Positions 1-13,390 of a DNA stretch of 64,000 nucleotides are shown here, one piece after another (position 1 is the first letter of the stretch; the number at the start of each line of letters is the position of its first letter). The notes below the pieces were generated by a model. That model worked only from the letters and a program-made list of their open reading frames with translations. It made no database searches and was not told the DNA's origin. The DNA lies in NCBI RefSeq assembly GCF_003991155.1, contig NZ_CP031293.1. One strand, written 5' to 3'. Position numbers and translations under genes: made by a program. This DNA comes from Escherichia coli. GTDB lineage: Bacteria; Pseudomonadota; Gammaproteobacteria; Enterobacterales; Enterobacteriaceae.

Positions 1-1230
1 GGCTTTGGTGGTGAAGTACGGGGTGAAGATGGCTTCAAGCTGATCTGCCGCAATTCCCTTACCGCTGTCGGTAACGCTGATTTTCACACCCGTGCCGCTT
101 TCGCTGGCCGTCACGCTAATCACGCCATGCTGACCAATCGCCTGAATAGCATTGAGATAGAGATTCAACAGGACCTGAGTCAGCCTGTCCGGATCGGCCT
201 GAATTTCCGGTAATGTGTCGTTGGCGGTAAAGCGTAACTGGATCTCCCGGCTGTTTGCATCCTGGCTTACCAGCTGTAATGAGTGGTTAATCAGCGTGTT
301 GAGATCCACCGCCTGCAAAGCCAGATGCGTTGGCTTAACCAGTTCCAGCAACTCGCTTACCACGCGGTTTAAACGGTCGGCTTCTTTCGCCATCACCTGC
401 GCCAATTGATGCGCTTCTCCCCCTGCTGGCGCGCGTTCGGCAAAGTATTTCGCCAGTCCTTTAATCGAGGAAAGTGGGTTACGGATTTCGTGGGCAACGC
501 CTGCCGCAAGATGCCCCAGCGCCACCAGCTTCTCTTTGCGCTTCATTTCATCTTGTAGAAGCTGGCGCGAGCGCAGATAGCGGCGATACCAGAAGAATGA
601 CAATACGCTTGCCAGCAAGACCGTCGCCAGGGCGAAGAGGATAATCAGGGTGTTTCTCTGCTCACGATCTTCGGCACTCACAATATTACTGGCGTCGAAA
701 GCGATGAAAATTGCTTGTGGTGTTGCGGCATACTGCTGCATATGGCGCATCCGGTGCATTCCAGCAGCAAACATCGGTTGAAACTGGCGATAAATTTCCA
801 GAACAGGCTCGCCGTCTGCGCTATCGATCCGCCGCCACGCTTCTTCATCTCCAGGATGTAACTGCTGCATTTCCTGCGGGGAATAAAGCTGTTTTCCCAC
901 CATGCCGGAGTTGCTATGCATCACGATTGTTCCTTGTTCATCCGTGACCGCAAACCAACGTACTCCAGGCTGCCCGGCCATTTCTTCCAGTAAGGCCTGC
1001 TGCTGCGCATGATGCATGCGCATCCCCATGCCGACGCGCGAGCCGGATTCAAGAGCGCGAATAAGTACACTGCCTTTTTCCAGCAGCGTTTGTCTGGCGG
1101 CGGCAGTCTCGCGCCCATAATCGCGAATCACCGTCACCGCAAACAACCCTACCAGCCCAACAATGACCACGGGGAGGATCGCGCTTAACCATTTAGCTAA
1201 GGAGTCTTTAGAACGTTGCATAAAACGCAT
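1..1230 (-). CDS. zraS: Sensor histidine kinase ZraS (3' end truncated by window edge)
   Basis: Reverse frame open from ATG at 1230 to the window edge; N-terminus MRFMQRSKDSLAKWLSAILPVVIVGLVG; H-box LGHLAAGVAHEIRNPL near 480-540; divergent from zraP as in E. coli. Confidence 0.9.
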   Translation of the reverse strand, partial: MRFMQRSKDSLAKWLSAILPVVIVGLVGLFAVTVIRDYGRETAAARQTLLEKGSVLIRALESGSRVGMGMRMHHAQQQALLEEMAGQPGVRWFAVTDEQGTIVMHSNSGMVGKQLYSPQEMQQLHPGDEEAWRRIDSADGEPVLEIYRQFQPMFAAGMHRMRHMQQYAATPQAIFIAFDASNIVSAEDREQRNTLIILFALATVLLASVLSFFWYRRYLRSRQLLQDEMKRKEKLVALGHLAAGVAHEIRNPLSSIKGLAKYFAERAPAGGEAHQLAQVMAKEADRLNRVVSELLELVKPTHLALQAVDLNTLINHSLQLVSQDANSREIQLRFTANDTLPEIQADPDRLTQVLLNLYLNAIQAIGQHGVISVTASESGTGVKISVTDSGKGIAADQLEAIFTPYFTTKA

Positions 1231-1257
1231 CTTCTTTGCCTGCTCATCCCTTTCTGA

Positions 1258-1274
1258 CAGCAGAAATCATGCCA
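1258..1274 (-). promoter_or_regulatory. Putative sigma54 (-24/-12) promoter for zraSR
   Basis: Minus strand reads TGGCATgatttCTGCT, a GG-N10-GC arrangement upstream of the zraS start. Confidence 0.45.
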
Positions 1275-1325
1275 TCTTTTATCAGCGCTTACCCTGCGCT
1301 GTAACACAAAGGCTTAAGTTTCAAT

Positions 1326-1371
1326 GAGTAAAAATGACTCGCTACCCGCAGCAGGCGAGTCATTTTTACTC
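1326..1371. promoter_or_regulatory. ZraR enhancer-binding inverted repeat (two 17-bp arms)
   Basis: GAGTAAAAATGACTCGC and its exact reverse complement GCGAGTCATTTTTACTC separated by 12 bp, in the zraS-zraP intergenic region. Confidence 0.7.
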
Positions 1372-1403
1372 GTTTATCATGCCAGATTACCCGTCATATC
1401 AGC

Positions 1404-1419
1404 GTTTCATCGTTGGCAC
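1404..1419 (+). promoter_or_regulatory. sigma54 promoter of zraP
   Basis: TGGCACggaagaTGCA matches the TGGCAC-N5-TTGCA consensus about 45 bp upstream of the zraP ATG. Confidence 0.7.
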
Positions 1420-1464
1420 GGAAGATGCAATACCCGAAGTAAGACAACCACTGGAGGATTAACC

Positions 1465-1890
1465 ATGAAACGGAACACGAAAATTGCCCTGGTAATGATG
1501 GCGCTTTCAGCAATGGCGATGGGATCGACATCTGCATTTGCTCACGGCGGACACGGTATGTGGCAGCAAAATGCCGCGCCTTTGACCAGCGAACAACAGA
1601 CAGCGTGGCAGAAAATCCATAATGACTTTTACGCTCAAAGCAGCGCACTGCAACAGCAACTGGTGACGAAGCGTTATGAATACAATGCCCTGTTAGCCGC
1701 GAACCCACCGGATAGCAGCAAAATTAACGCGGTCGCCAAAGAGATGGAGAATTTGCGTCAGTCGTTAGATGAGTTACGGGTGAAACGAGATATTGCGATG
1801 GCTGAAGCGGGTATTCCGCGCGGTACCGGAATGGGCATGGGTTACGGTGGTTGCGATGGTGGCGGTCATATGGGTATGGGCCACTGGTAA
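1465..1890 (+). CDS. zraP: Zinc resistance-associated periplasmic protein ZraP
   Basis: ORF in frame with the 1324..1890 track entry; start chosen at MKRNTKIALVMMALSAMAMG (signal peptide) after a GGAGG RBS; Gly/Met/His-rich C-terminus; 141 aa. Confidence 0.92.
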   Translation: MKRNTKIALVMMALSAMAMGSTSAFAHGGHGMWQQNAAPLTSEQQTAWQKIHNDFYAQSSALQQQLVTKRYEYNALLAANPPDSSKINAVAKEMENLRQSLDELRVKRDIAMAEAGIPRGTGMGMGYGGCDGGGHMGMGHW

Positions 1891-1891
1891 A

Positions 1892-2593
1892 TCAGAACGT
1901 TTTCTCGTTGGGTTGCCAGCGACAGAAATCAGAGTTTGCCACCAACAGTAATTGCGAACCTTCGGGCGCTTCCAGCCATGCCACGCTGACATCAACAGAA
2001 GAGCGGCTCTGGCGGCGCTCGATATGCGCTATCGCCTGCGAATCTAAATCAGGTTTAATGGTTTGCCCTTCGCAGGTGGTCACGGTCTGTTCCATCGCAT
2101 GCCAGCGCCCCTGGCGCAGCACGACTCTCCCCTGACGTAAGGCATCGCTAATCTGGCGGATCTGATCAGCACGATAACGGTATAAATCGATTTGGTCGTT
2201 AGAAAGCTGCTGCTTTTCCCCATCGGATTCACGTTGCATAAAGCTCAGATCGCCGCGATCGTCAAAACGCGCGCGAATGTTCACCGGCGGTTTGCTGTAA
2301 ACATTGATATTGATGAGCGTGAGGTTATCGCCCTGCCAGCGATACTCTCGCGTGGTGGTATCGCCACTGCGCCACGGGCTAAACACGGCAAGCAGATGCA
2401 CATTATCGCCGCTGTCTTTTCGCCAGATGCGTACCGCGCCCTGGTCTTCAGCAAATCCACTGGCGGTAAAGGGAGGAAGTGAAGAGTTGTGACTACAGGC
2501 AGTGAGAAACAGAACGCCTGCCAGCATCAATGATCGACGCCAGAAAGACAAAAGGGGTGAAACCACCCCTTCGTTAAAACTGTTCACTGCCAC
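1892..2593 (-). CDS. yjaH: DUF1481-type lipoprotein YjaH
   Basis: 233-aa ORF with a lipoprotein-like N-terminus (LAGVLFLTACS); position between zraP and hupA as in K-12; exact start uncertain by a few codons. Confidence 0.85.
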   Translation of the reverse strand: MAVNSFNEGVVSPLLSFWRRSLMLAGVLFLTACSHNSSLPPFTASGFAEDQGAVRIWRKDSGDNVHLLAVFSPWRSGDTTTREYRWQGDNLTLININVYSKPPVNIRARFDDRGDLSFMQRESDGEKQQLSNDQIDLYRYRADQIRQISDALRQGRVVLRQGRWHAMEQTVTTCEGQTIKPDLDSQAIAHIERRQSRSSVDVSVAWLEAPEGSQLLLVANSDFCRWQPNEKTF

Positions 2594-2599
2594 GCAATC

Positions 2600-2872
2600 T
2601 TACTTAACTGCGTCTTTCAGTGCCTTGCCAGAAACAAATGCCGGTACGTTAGCAGCGGCAATTTTGATTTCTTTACCGGTCTGCGGGTTGCGGCCAGTAC
2701 GCTCAGCGCGGTGGTTCACTTTGAAGGTACCGAAACCAACCAGTTGTACAGCATCGCCTTCTTTCAGAGACTCAGTAATTGCAGCCAGAGTGGACTCCAG
2801 AGCAGCTTTAGCCTGGGTTTTGGACAGTTCTGCTTTCTCTGCAATTACATCAATCAGTTGAGTCTTGTTCAT
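2600..2872 (-). CDS. hupA: DNA-binding protein HU-alpha
   Basis: 90-aa [31 protein letters not shown]...; classic HU sequence. Confidence 0.97.
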
Positions 2873-3058
2873 AAGTTATCCTTACAATGTGTTTATCGCT
2901 TGCTAAGCATCGAGTGCGACGGAAATGCCAGAATAGCACTCTCCTGCATACACGCACCGATAGCCACTTTTTTTCGCCCCCCAAATGTAGACCAGACGGG
3001 GGGCGAAAGGGAAGACTCCAGGTACGACAAATCAGGCGTTAAATCACGTTTTCTGGTC

Positions 3059-3649
3059 TTATTGCTGAAAAATTATACCAATATTGCTCTCACCCGCCTC
3101 ACGCAGGTCTGCCCTAAGGCCTTTTATCAGCTCGATATCGCGTTCTTCGCACTCAGCTAAAAGTCGGAATATTTCCCACTGAATGTCCCATTCTTGCTCT
3201 ACAGCTGGGTTTTCTTTGAGCTCTTCATCGCTCATTTCGCGACCAGCCTGAGTCATTTCCAGCATCGCAACGGTCGTGATGGAGGTCTTACTCACTTCCA
3301 CCGCGTGTTCGAGCGTTTCACCACTCAAACGCGAATGGACCAGTTCACTTAACGCCACGCATGCATCGATTGCCGGATAAACGCCGTACAGATCGAAATC
3401 ATCGGCTGAAGGAATCGCTTCTTCAAATTTCTCCAGTTGGCTGTCGAAATTTACTTTTGCGTCTTTGACGGTCAGCGTTTCCCAGATGAGATCGAGAATG
3501 CGGCGGTAAATCTGCCCATCACCAAAACCAGTTTGCTGACAGAATACGGCGTAATTAGGGTACATGCGTTCGCATAAGCAGGCCATAAAAGTGACGTGCT
3601 GCCAGCTTTCCAGGCGCTCCAGACGCAGATGAATTGGGTTTTGTAACAT
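3059..3649 (-). CDS. yjaG: DUF416 protein YjaG
   Basis: 196-aa ORF; conserved synteny between hupA and nfi. Confidence 0.88.
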   Translation of the reverse strand: MLQNPIHLRLERLESWQHVTFMACLCERMYPNYAVFCQQTGFGDGQIYRRILDLIWETLTVKDAKVNFDSQLEKFEEAIPSADDFDLYGVYPAIDACVALSELVHSRLSGETLEHAVEVSKTSITTVAMLEMTQAGREMSDEELKENPAVEQEWDIQWEIFRLLAECEERDIELIKGLRADLREAGESNIGIIFQQ

Positions 3650-3691
3650 GTTGAGTTCTCAAATACGGAAATTATCCGCAGTTTACCTGAA

Positions 3692-4363
3692 TTAGGGCTG
3701 ATTTGCTGTATAGCGCACGAACGCCGGACGTTCCGAGGCCACCGCGTCCGCCCAGCGCGTTGGCTCCGGCAGACGATAGCCTTTCATGCAGCGTTGTACC
3801 CACGCCAGCGCGCTGTCCACGCTAACCCGATGGCCGGTAGCGATAAACAATGGGTTACAGCGCGCTTTGCTGCGCCAGACCCAGGCCAGCTGCTCGCCTT
3901 TATCCATCAGTGGGGCCAGCGCGCCCGGTTCGCTGGAGAGCGGTTCGAATTTACCGCAGAGCCGTTTTTTCGCCACGCCTATCGTTGGCACATCCACCAA
4001 TAAGCCAAAATGGCTGGCGACACCAAGACGGCGAGGATGCGAGATCCCGTGACCATCGACAAACACTAAATCCGGCTTTTGTGACAGCATCTCCCACGCT
4101 GCCAGCAGCGCAGGATATTCGCGGAAGGAGAGAAAACCTGGAATATAAGGCATGGTGGTGGCGATGCGGGCCACTTTATACTCCACCAGCTCAAGCGAGG
4201 GGTATTTCAGCAGCACCATCGCCGCTCGCGTCACTTCTCCGCCCTGCTCAAATCCGACATCGGCTCCGGCGATCAGATCCGGTGGATCTTTATCGAGTCG
4301 ATCCTCGCGGATCACAGAAGAAGCCAGTTCGATTTGTTGAGCGCGTAATGACGCGAGATCCAT
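3692..4363 (-). CDS. nfi: Endonuclease V
   Basis: 223-aa ORF; synteny downstream of hemE; sequence consistent with E. coli Nfi. Confidence 0.93.
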
Positions 4364-4372
4364 AATCGCTCC

Positions 4373-5437
4373 TTAGCGGTGATACTGTTCAGACAAGCGA
4401 TGCACTGCCTCCACAAACACGCCAGCATGTTCTGGCGGCACATCCTGATGAATGCCGTGACCAAGGTTAAAGACATGACCTTCGCCGTGACCGAAACCGG
4501 CAAGTATAGTCGCAACTTCTTCTTCAATGCGGGCAGGCGGTGCGTACAGCATCGACGGATCCATATTACCCTGCAACGCGACTTTATTGCCCACGCGGCG
4601 GCGCGCATCGGCGATGTCCGTTGTCCAGTCGAGGCCCAGCGCATCGCAACCGGTTTCTGCCATCGCTTCCAGCCACTGTCCGCCACCTTTGGTAAACAGC
4701 GTGACCGGTACGCGGCGACCGTCGTTTTCACGCAGTAAACCATCAACAATTTTATGCATGTAATAGAGCGAGAACTGTTGATAATCGCGCCCGGTAAGCA
4801 CGCCGCCCCAGGTGTCGAAAATCATCACTGCCTGAGCACCGGCTTTAATCTGCGCATTCAGATACAAAGTGACGCTTTTCGCCAGTTTATCGAGTAGCGC
4901 GTGCAGCGCCTGCGGATCGGCATACATCATTTTTTTGATCACGGTGAAGGCTTTGCTGCTGCCGCCTTCCACCATGTAGGTCGCCAGCGTCCACGGGCTG
5001 CCAGAAAAACCAATCAGCGGCACTTCGCCTTTCAGTTCGCGACGAATGGTACGCACCGCGTTCATCACGTAACCCAGCTCATCTTCCGGGTCCGGAATTG
5101 GCAGTTTATCGACGTCGGCTTTGCAGGTGACTGGCGAGGTAAAACGCGGACCTTCTCCGGCTTCAAAATAGAGCCCTAACCCCATCGCGTCCGGCACGGT
5201 GAGGATATCGGAAAAGAGGATCGCCGCATCCAGCGGGTAGCGACGCAGCGGTTGCAAAGTCACTTCGCACGCCAGCTCGGCGTTTTTGCACAGCGACATA
5301 AAATCGCCCGCCTGGGCGCGCGTGGCTTTATATTCCGGTAGATAGCGACCCGCCTGGCGCATCATCCATACTGGAGTGACATCAACGGGCTGGCGCAGCA
5401 GCGCCCGCAGATAACGATCGTTTTTAAGTTCGGTCAT
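4373..5437 (-). CDS. hemE: Uroporphyrinogen decarboxylase
   Basis: 354-aa [39 protein letters not shown] (URO-D signature). Confidence 0.96.
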   Translation of the reverse strand: MTELKNDRYLRALLRQPVDVTPVWMMRQAGRYLPEYKATRAQAGDFMSLCKNAELACEVTLQPLRRYPLDAAILFSDILTVPDAMGLGLYFEAGEGPRFTSPVTCKADVDKLPIPDPEDELGYVMNAVRTIRRELKGEVPLIGFSGSPWTLATYMVEGGSSKAFTVIKKMMYADPQALHALLDKLAKSVTLYLNAQIKAGAQAVMIFDTWGGVLTGRDYQQFSLYYMHKIVDGLLRENDGRRVPVTLFTKGGGQWLEAMAETGCDALGLDWTTDIADARRRVGNKVALQGNMDPSMLYAPPARIEEEVATILAGFGHGEGHVFNLGHGIHQDVPPEHAGVFVEAVHRLSEQYHR

Positions 5438-5476
5438 TTTGGCTGTTCCTTAGTGCGTCAGGCGGTCAGTGTATCA

Positions 5477-6250
5477 TCACTCATACTCTGCCCGACACAT
5501 CGCCACTGTATCTTCTATCAGACGGCGCGCTACGGTGCCGGGCGGCGGGAGTAACGGCAAATCGTCATAGCGATACCAGTTCGCCTCAAGCAATTCTTTC
5601 GGGTCGATCACGATCTCGCCGCTGTCATATTCCGCCATAAACGCGGTCATTAAAGACTGAGGAAACGGCCACGGCTGGGAAGTCACGTAACGCAAGTTTT
5701 TAACTTTAATTCCGCTCTCTTCCATCACTTCCCGCGCGACAGCCTGCTCGAGGGTTTCGCCCACTTCGACGAATCCGGCAAGTACCGTATGGACACCGTT
5801 ACGATGGCTGGTATGCTGGGCGAGGAGGATCGAATCATCGCGACGGATGGCAACAATAATGCAGGGGGCGATTTGCGGGTAGTAACGCTCACGGCAATGG
5901 CTGCACAGCATCGCCCATTCGGTTTTACTTGGATACATTTCATGCCCGCAGTAACCACAGTATTTATGCGATCGGTAAAACTCTGCCAGTTGTACGCCTC
6001 GTCCGGCCAGTTGAAACAGCCCAACATCGAGATCAATGACCTGACGTACCGACCCCATATCGTGACGCCGCTGCTGTTGTACTAACCAAACAGGTTCCCC
6101 CTGCCATTCGCCGATTTGTAGTGCGCGCTGACCCACAAGATCGAAATTTGCCGCTTCGCCATATGGCAATTCTCCCTTCGGCAACCATAATTTTTGTTCA
6201 TGGCTGACGACCCACCAGCCGTGATCTAATTTTTCAATTATACGATCCAT
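5477..6250 (-). CDS. nudC: NADH pyrophosphatase (Nudix)
   Basis: 257-aa ORF with zinc-ribbon CGYCGHEM...CSHC and a Nudix box. Confidence 0.94.
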   Translation of the reverse strand: MDRIIEKLDHGWWVVSHEQKLWLPKGELPYGEAANFDLVGQRALQIGEWQGEPVWLVQQQRRHDMGSVRQVIDLDVGLFQLAGRGVQLAEFYRSHKYCGYCGHEMYPSKTEWAMLCSHCRERYYPQIAPCIIVAIRRDDSILLAQHTSHRNGVHTVLAGFVEVGETLEQAVAREVMEESGIKVKNLRYVTSQPWPFPQSLMTAFMAEYDSGEIVIDPKELLEANWYRYDDLPLLPPPGTVARRLIEDTVAMCRAEYE

Positions 6251-6344
6251 AGCTCTTGCACTACCTTTGCATCACTGGCATGTTTAACATGGTTTTTACA
6301 TTTCTCACTGAGCAGTTTTTGAATACAAACTTGCGGAGTCAATC

Positions 6345-6821
6345 ATGCTTAACCAGCTCGATAACCTGACGGAGCGCGTCAGAGGAAGTAACAAACTGGT
6401 TGATCGCTGGCTACATGTACGTAAGCATCTGCTCGTGGCTTACTACAATCTGGTTGGCATTAAGCCTGGCAAAGAATCGTACATGAGGCTAAACGAAAAA
6501 GCCCTTGATGATTTTTGTCAGAGCCTGGTCGATTACTTGTCTGCCGGACATTTCAGTATTTATGAGCGCATTCTTCATAAACTGGAAGGCAATGGGCAAC
6601 TCGCACGCGCCGCGAAGATTTGGCCACAACTCGAAGCCAATACCCAACAGATTATGGATTACTACGATTCCAGCCTGGAAACCGCTATCGATCATGATAA
6701 TTACCTTGAGTTTCAACAGGTTTTATCTGACATCGGCGAGGCGCTGGAAGCGCGCTTTGTGCTGGAAGATAAGCTGATTCTGCTGGTGCTTGACGCCGCC
6801 CGCGTCAAACATCCTGCTTGA
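6345..6821 (+). CDS. rsd: Regulator of sigma D (anti-sigma70)
   Basis: 158-aa ORF MLNQLDNLTERVRGSNKLVDRWLHVRKHLLVAYYNL. Confidence 0.95.
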   Translation: MLNQLDNLTERVRGSNKLVDRWLHVRKHLLVAYYNLVGIKPGKESYMRLNEKALDDFCQSLVDYLSAGHFSIYERILHKLEGNGQLARAAKIWPQLEANTQQIMDYYDSSLETAIDHDNYLEFQQVLSDIGEALEARFVLEDKLILLVLDAARVKHPA

Positions 6822-6854
6822 GTTCTGCGCTGTTAACGCGTAATTTACATTCAA

Positions 6855-6965
6855 CGCCCCGTTTGTGGGGCTAATTTCTTGTCGGAGTGCCTTAACTGGC
6901 TGAGACCGTTTATTCGGGATCCGCGGAACCTGATCAGGCTAATACCTGCGAAGGGAACAAGAGTT
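6855..6965 (+). promoter_or_regulatory. TPP riboswitch (thi-box) in the thiC leader
   Basis: Conserved thi-box elements GGGGCUA...CUGAGA...ACCUGAUC.GGCUAAUACC.GCGAAGGGAACAAG immediately upstream of thiC. Confidence 0.85.
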
Positions 6966-7050
6966 AATCTGCTATCGCATCGCCTTTGCGGCGATCGTCT
7001 CTTGCTTCATCCGTCGTCTGACAAGCCACGTCCTTAACTTTTTGGAATGA

Positions 7051-9576
<2,526 letters not shown>

Positions 9577-9584
<8 letters not shown>

Positions 9585-10332
9585 CCGTGACTTTATGCGT
9601 TATAGCCGCCAAATCCTGCTCGACGATATCGCTCTGGACGGGCAGCAAAAACTGCTCGACAGCCAGGTGCTGATTATTGGTCTTGGCGGGCTGGGTACAC
9701 CTGCTGCGCTATACCTGGCGGGGGCTGGCGTCGGGACGCTGGTACTGGCAGATGACGACGATGTGCATTTAAGCAATCTGCAACGACAAATCCTCTTTAC
9801 CACTGAAGATATCGATCGCCCGAAATCACAGGTCAGCCAACAGCGACTGACACAGTTGAATCCCGACATTCAACTGATGGCATTACAACAACGATTAACG
9901 GGTGAGACGTTAAAAGATGCGGTTGCACAAGCCGATGTGGTGCTCGACTGTACTGACAATATGGCGACTCGCCAGGAGATTAATGCCACCTGCGTGGCAC
10001 TCAACACGCCGCTTATCACCGCCAGCGCGGTCGGATTTGGCGGTCAGTTGATGGTACTGACGCCGCCCTGGGAGCAGGGGTGTTACCGCTGCCTGTGGCC
10101 AGATAACCAGGAGCCAGAACGCAACTGCCGCACGGCGGGCGTGGTTGGCCCGGTGGTCGGGGTTATGGGCACTTTACAGGCACTGGAAGCGATTAAGTTA
10201 TTAAGCGGTATAGAGACGCCTGCGGGAGAACTCCGACTGTTCGACGGTAAATCGAGCCAGTGGCGCAGCCTGGCTTTGCGCCGCGCCAGCGGTTGCCCGG
10301 TATGTGGAGGATGCAATGCAGATCCTGTTTAA
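9577..10332 (+). CDS. thiF: ThiS adenylyltransferase ThiF
   Basis: Start set at [15 protein letters not shown] inside the longer track ORF (9484..); E1-like GLGGLG nucleotide motif and C-terminal CPVCG; 251 aa. Confidence 0.93.
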
Positions 10333-10516
10333 CGATCAACCGATGCAGTGTGTCGCCGGACTAACTGTTCACGAACTGCTGGAGCAACTCGATCAACAAC
10401 AAGCAGGTGCGGCACTGGCGATTAATCAGCAAATCGTCCCGCGGGAACAATGGGCGCAACATATCGTGCAGGATGGCGACCAGATCCTGCTTTTTCAGGT
10501 TATTGCAGGGGGTTGA
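10316..10516 (+). CDS. thiS: Sulfur-carrier protein ThiS
   Basis: 66-aa MQILFNDQ...QVIAGG with C-terminal Gly-Gly; start trimmed from the track ORF. Confidence 0.92.
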   Translation: MQILFNDQPMQCVAGLTVHELLEQLDQQQAGAALAINQQIVPREQWAQHIVQDGDQILLFQVIAGG

Positions 10517-10517
10517 G

Positions 10518-11288
10518 ATGTTACGTATTGCGGACAAAACGTTTGATTCACATCTGTTTACCGGCACAGGGAAATTCGCCTCTTCACAACTGATGATGGA
10601 GGCGATCCGCGCTTCCGGCAGCCAGCTGGTGACACTGGCGATGAAACGCGTCAACTTGCGCCAGCACAACGACGCTATCCTCGAACCGCTTATCGCGGCG
10701 GGTGTGACCCTGCTGCCAAATACATCCGGGGCGAAAACAGCGGAAGAAGCCATTTTCGCTGCCCATCTGGCTCGTGAAGCGTTAGGCACAAACTGGCTAA
10801 AATTAGAGATTCACCCTGACGCCCGCTGGCTGTTGCCCGATCCCATCGAAACCCTGAAAGCTGCCGAAACGCTGGTACAACAGGGATTTGTCGTGCTGCC
10901 TTACTGCGGGGCCGATCCGGTATTGTGTAAACGTATGGAAGAAGTCGGCTGTGCAGCGGTGATGCCGCTCGGCGCGCCGATTGGCTCGAATCAGGGACTG
11001 GAAACCCGTGCCATGCTGGAGATTATTATCCAGCAAGCCACGGTTCCGGTGGTTGTCGATGCTGGCATCGGCGTTCCCAGCCATGCCGCGCAGGCGCTGG
11101 AAATGGGGGCCGACGCGGTGTTAGTGAATACGGCGATTGCCGTCGCGGACGATCCCGTCAACATGGCGAAGGCATTTCGTCTGGCAGTAGAAGCAGGCCT
11201 GCTGGCACGTCAGTCCGGACCGGGCAGCCGCAGTCATTTTGCTCATGCCACCAGCCCGCTGACCGGATTTCTGGAGGCATCTGCATGA
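10518..11288 (+). CDS. thiG: Thiazole synthase ThiG
   Basis: 256-aa protein starting [20 protein letters not shown]; ATG 1 nt after the thiS stop. Confidence 0.95.
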   Translation: MLRIADKTFDSHLFTGTGKFASSQLMMEAIRASGSQLVTLAMKRVNLRQHNDAILEPLIAAGVTLLPNTSGAKTAEEAIFAAHLAREALGTNWLKLEIHPDARWLLPDPIETLKAAETLVQQGFVVLPYCGADPVLCKRMEEVGCAAVMPLGAPIGSNQGLETRAMLEIIIQQATVPVVVDAGIGVPSHAAQALEMGADAVLVNTAIAVADDPVNMAKAFRLAVEAGLLARQSGPGSRSHFAHATSPLTGFLEASA

Positions 11289-12418
11289 AAACCTTCAGCG
11301 ATCGCTGGCGACAACTGGACTGGGACGACATCCGCCTGCGTATCAACGGCAAAACGGCTGCTGACGTAGAGCGGGCGCTAAATGCCTCGCAACTCACCCG
11401 CGACGACATGATGGCATTGCTATCACCCGCCGCCAGTGGCTATCTGGAACCACTGGCCCAGCGAGCGCAGCGTCTGACCCGTCAGCGATTTGGCAACACA
11501 GTTAGTTTCTACGTCCCGCTTTATCTTTCCAATCTTTGCGCTAACGACTGCACGTACTGCGGATTTTCCATGAGCAATCGCATCAAGCGCAAAACACTGG
11601 ATGAAGCGGATATTGCCAGGGAAAGCGCCGCTATACGGGAGATGGGCTTTGAACATCTGCTTTTAGTCACTGGTGAACATCAGGCGAAAGTGGGGATGGA
11701 TTACTTTCGTCGTCATCTCCCTGCCCTGCGTGAACAGTTCTCTTCACTACAGATGGAAGTGCAACCGCTGGCGGAGGCGGAATATGCCGAGCTAAAACAG
11801 CTGGGTCTCGATGGCGTGATGGTTTATCAGGAGACATATCACGAGGCGACTTATGCCCGCCATCATCTGAAAGGCAAAAAACAGGACTTCTTCTGGCGGC
11901 TGGAAACGCCGGATCGGCTGGGCCGTGCGGGGATTGATAAGATAGGCCTCGGCGCGCTAATTGGCCTTTCCGACAGCTGGCGCGTTGACTGCTATATGGT
12001 TGCAGAACATTTGCTATGGCTGCAACAGCATTACTGGCAAAGCCGCTACTCTGTCTCCTTCCCACGCCTGCGTCCATGTACTGGCGGCATTGAGCCTGCG
12101 TCGATTATGGATGAACGCCAGTTAGTGCAAACCATCTGCGCCTTCCGGCTGCTTGCACCGGAGATTGAACTGTCACTCTCCACGCGGGAATCACCGTGGT
12201 TTCGCGATCGCGTGATTCCGCTGGCAATTAATAACGTCAGCGCTTTTTCGAAAACGCAGCCAGGTGGCTATGCCGACAATCACCCCGAGCTGGAACAGTT
12301 CTCACCACACGACGATCGCAGGCCGGAAGCGGTTGCTGCCGCGTTAACCGCTCAGGGTTTGCAGCCGGTATGGAAAGACTGGGACAGCTATCTGGGACGC
12401 GCCTCGCAAAGGCCATGA
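11285..12418 (+). CDS. thiH: 2-iminoacetate synthase ThiH (radical SAM tyrosine lyase)
   Basis: 377-aa ORF with the radical-SAM motif [10 protein letters not shown]; overlaps the thiG stop (ATGA). Confidence 0.96.
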   Translation: MKTFSDRWRQLDWDDIRLRINGKTAADVERALNASQLTRDDMMALLSPAASGYLEPLAQRAQRLTRQRFGNTVSFYVPLYLSNLCANDCTYCGFSMSNRIKRKTLDEADIARESAAIREMGFEHLLLVTGEHQAKVGMDYFRRHLPALREQFSSLQMEVQPLAEAEYAELKQLGLDGVMVYQETYHEATYARHHLKGKKQDFFWRLETPDRLGRAGIDKIGLGALIGLSDSWRVDCYMVAEHLLWLQQHYWQSRYSVSFPRLRPCTGGIEPASIMDERQLVQTICAFRLLAPEIELSLSTRESPWFRDRVIPLAINNVSAFSKTQPGGYADNHPELEQFSPHDDRRPEAVAAALTAQGLQPVWKDWDSYLGRASQRP

Positions 12419-12530
12419 GACAGAATGTAAGAACGTAAATTTATTCCGAGCCGCTACGGAAGATGAAAAACGCAAGGTTGTTGAAAGCGTTGTGTTTTTT
12501 TATGGTAGTGCCGTCAGCAGGAATGTTGTC

Positions 12531-12563
12531 CAGGGCGAAAAGCTTCTTCCTCGTTTCGCCCTG
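12531..12563 (+). terminator. Stem-loop (10-bp stem) downstream of thiH; candidate terminator or island-boundary structure
   Basis: CAGGGCGAAA-13 nt-TTTCGCCCTG perfect inverted repeat followed by CCTTTCTT. Confidence 0.35.
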
Positions 12564-12735
12564 CCTTTCTTAAAATAACGTCTCAGTACGCTATTTCATG
12601 ATTGCCCGCAAAAATATTCATTAATATTTCTATTGTTTTAACAAAGAAGGCACAAGGCTTTAATTGCAAAGCAAGATCGCCGTCAAAACAAGAGTGTGCA
12701 ATAACCGGTTATAATAATTCCACCCTCACCAAAAT

Positions 12736-13386
12736 ATGGTCCAGAACATCATGTCAGCTTACCTAAAAAAAGCGTTATCGATTCATAGTGATGAATTTCG
12801 CCCATACGGAAACGTAATTTCTGCAATAAATGTAGATTCATTGCTTAAATACCTTAAAGAGGAAATTTCTGTACCTGAGGATCAGGTGGCATATGTCAGA
12901 AGCGATGAGCGCTTAAAGCAATACCCCGCCGTGAGCGACATTCAGCGCCAAATCTACGGTGGAATGCCCGTTCAGGCTGGGTACGTTTGTGGGGTAAATA
13001 CCACCCAGGATGGCTTTGAATATCACCAGGGAAGTGAAGTCATTATCGCCGCCAGCGATTTTTTCCTGTTTTTAGGTAAACGAGAGTTGATGCAGGGTGA
13101 CACGTTTAATGGTGAACGTGCAGAGCCGTTTTTCATTCCGGCAAAATCGGTGATTGAACTTTATAGCACAACGCTACATTACTGCCCTATGAGTATCAAT
13201 GCACAACCTTTTAGTGCAGCGATTATTCTTCTTGATGGAACTAATGAAGATATTGATGGCAAGAATAAACCAACAATATTAAGCAAGCGAAATACCTGGT
13301 TTATCGCCCATGAAAGTTTCACTGAGCATCCTTGCCCATTATTAAAAGGGCCGCATCTTTGCGTGAATGATATTATTCATGGGTGA
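12736..13386 (+). CDS. Cupin-like protein of unknown function (ureidoglycolate-lyase-like N-terminal motif; possibly DUF4867-type)
   Basis: 216-aa ORF with no K-12 counterpart at this locus; AT-rich codon usage; motif EFRPYGNVI resembles the AllA-family N-terminus; alternative start at MSAYLKK (12751). Confidence 0.6.
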   Translation: MVQNIMSAYLKKALSIHSDEFRPYGNVISAINVDSLLKYLKEEISVPEDQVAYVRSDERLKQYPAVSDIQRQIYGGMPVQAGYVCGVNTTQDGFEYHQGSEVIIAASDFFLFLGKRELMQGDTFNGERAEPFFIPAKSVIELYSTTLHYCPMSINAQPFSAAIILLDGTNEDIDGKNKPTILSKRNTWFIAHESFTEHPCPLLKGPHLCVNDIIHG

Positions 13387-13390
13387 AAAT

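Noticed and set aside
1324-1890. 188-aa ORF-track entry extending zraP upstream
   Set aside because: The upstream extension runs through the sigma54 promoter and ZraR repeat and has no RBS; the signal-peptide start MKRNTKIALV at 1465 with a GGAGG RBS gives the expected 141-aa ZraP.
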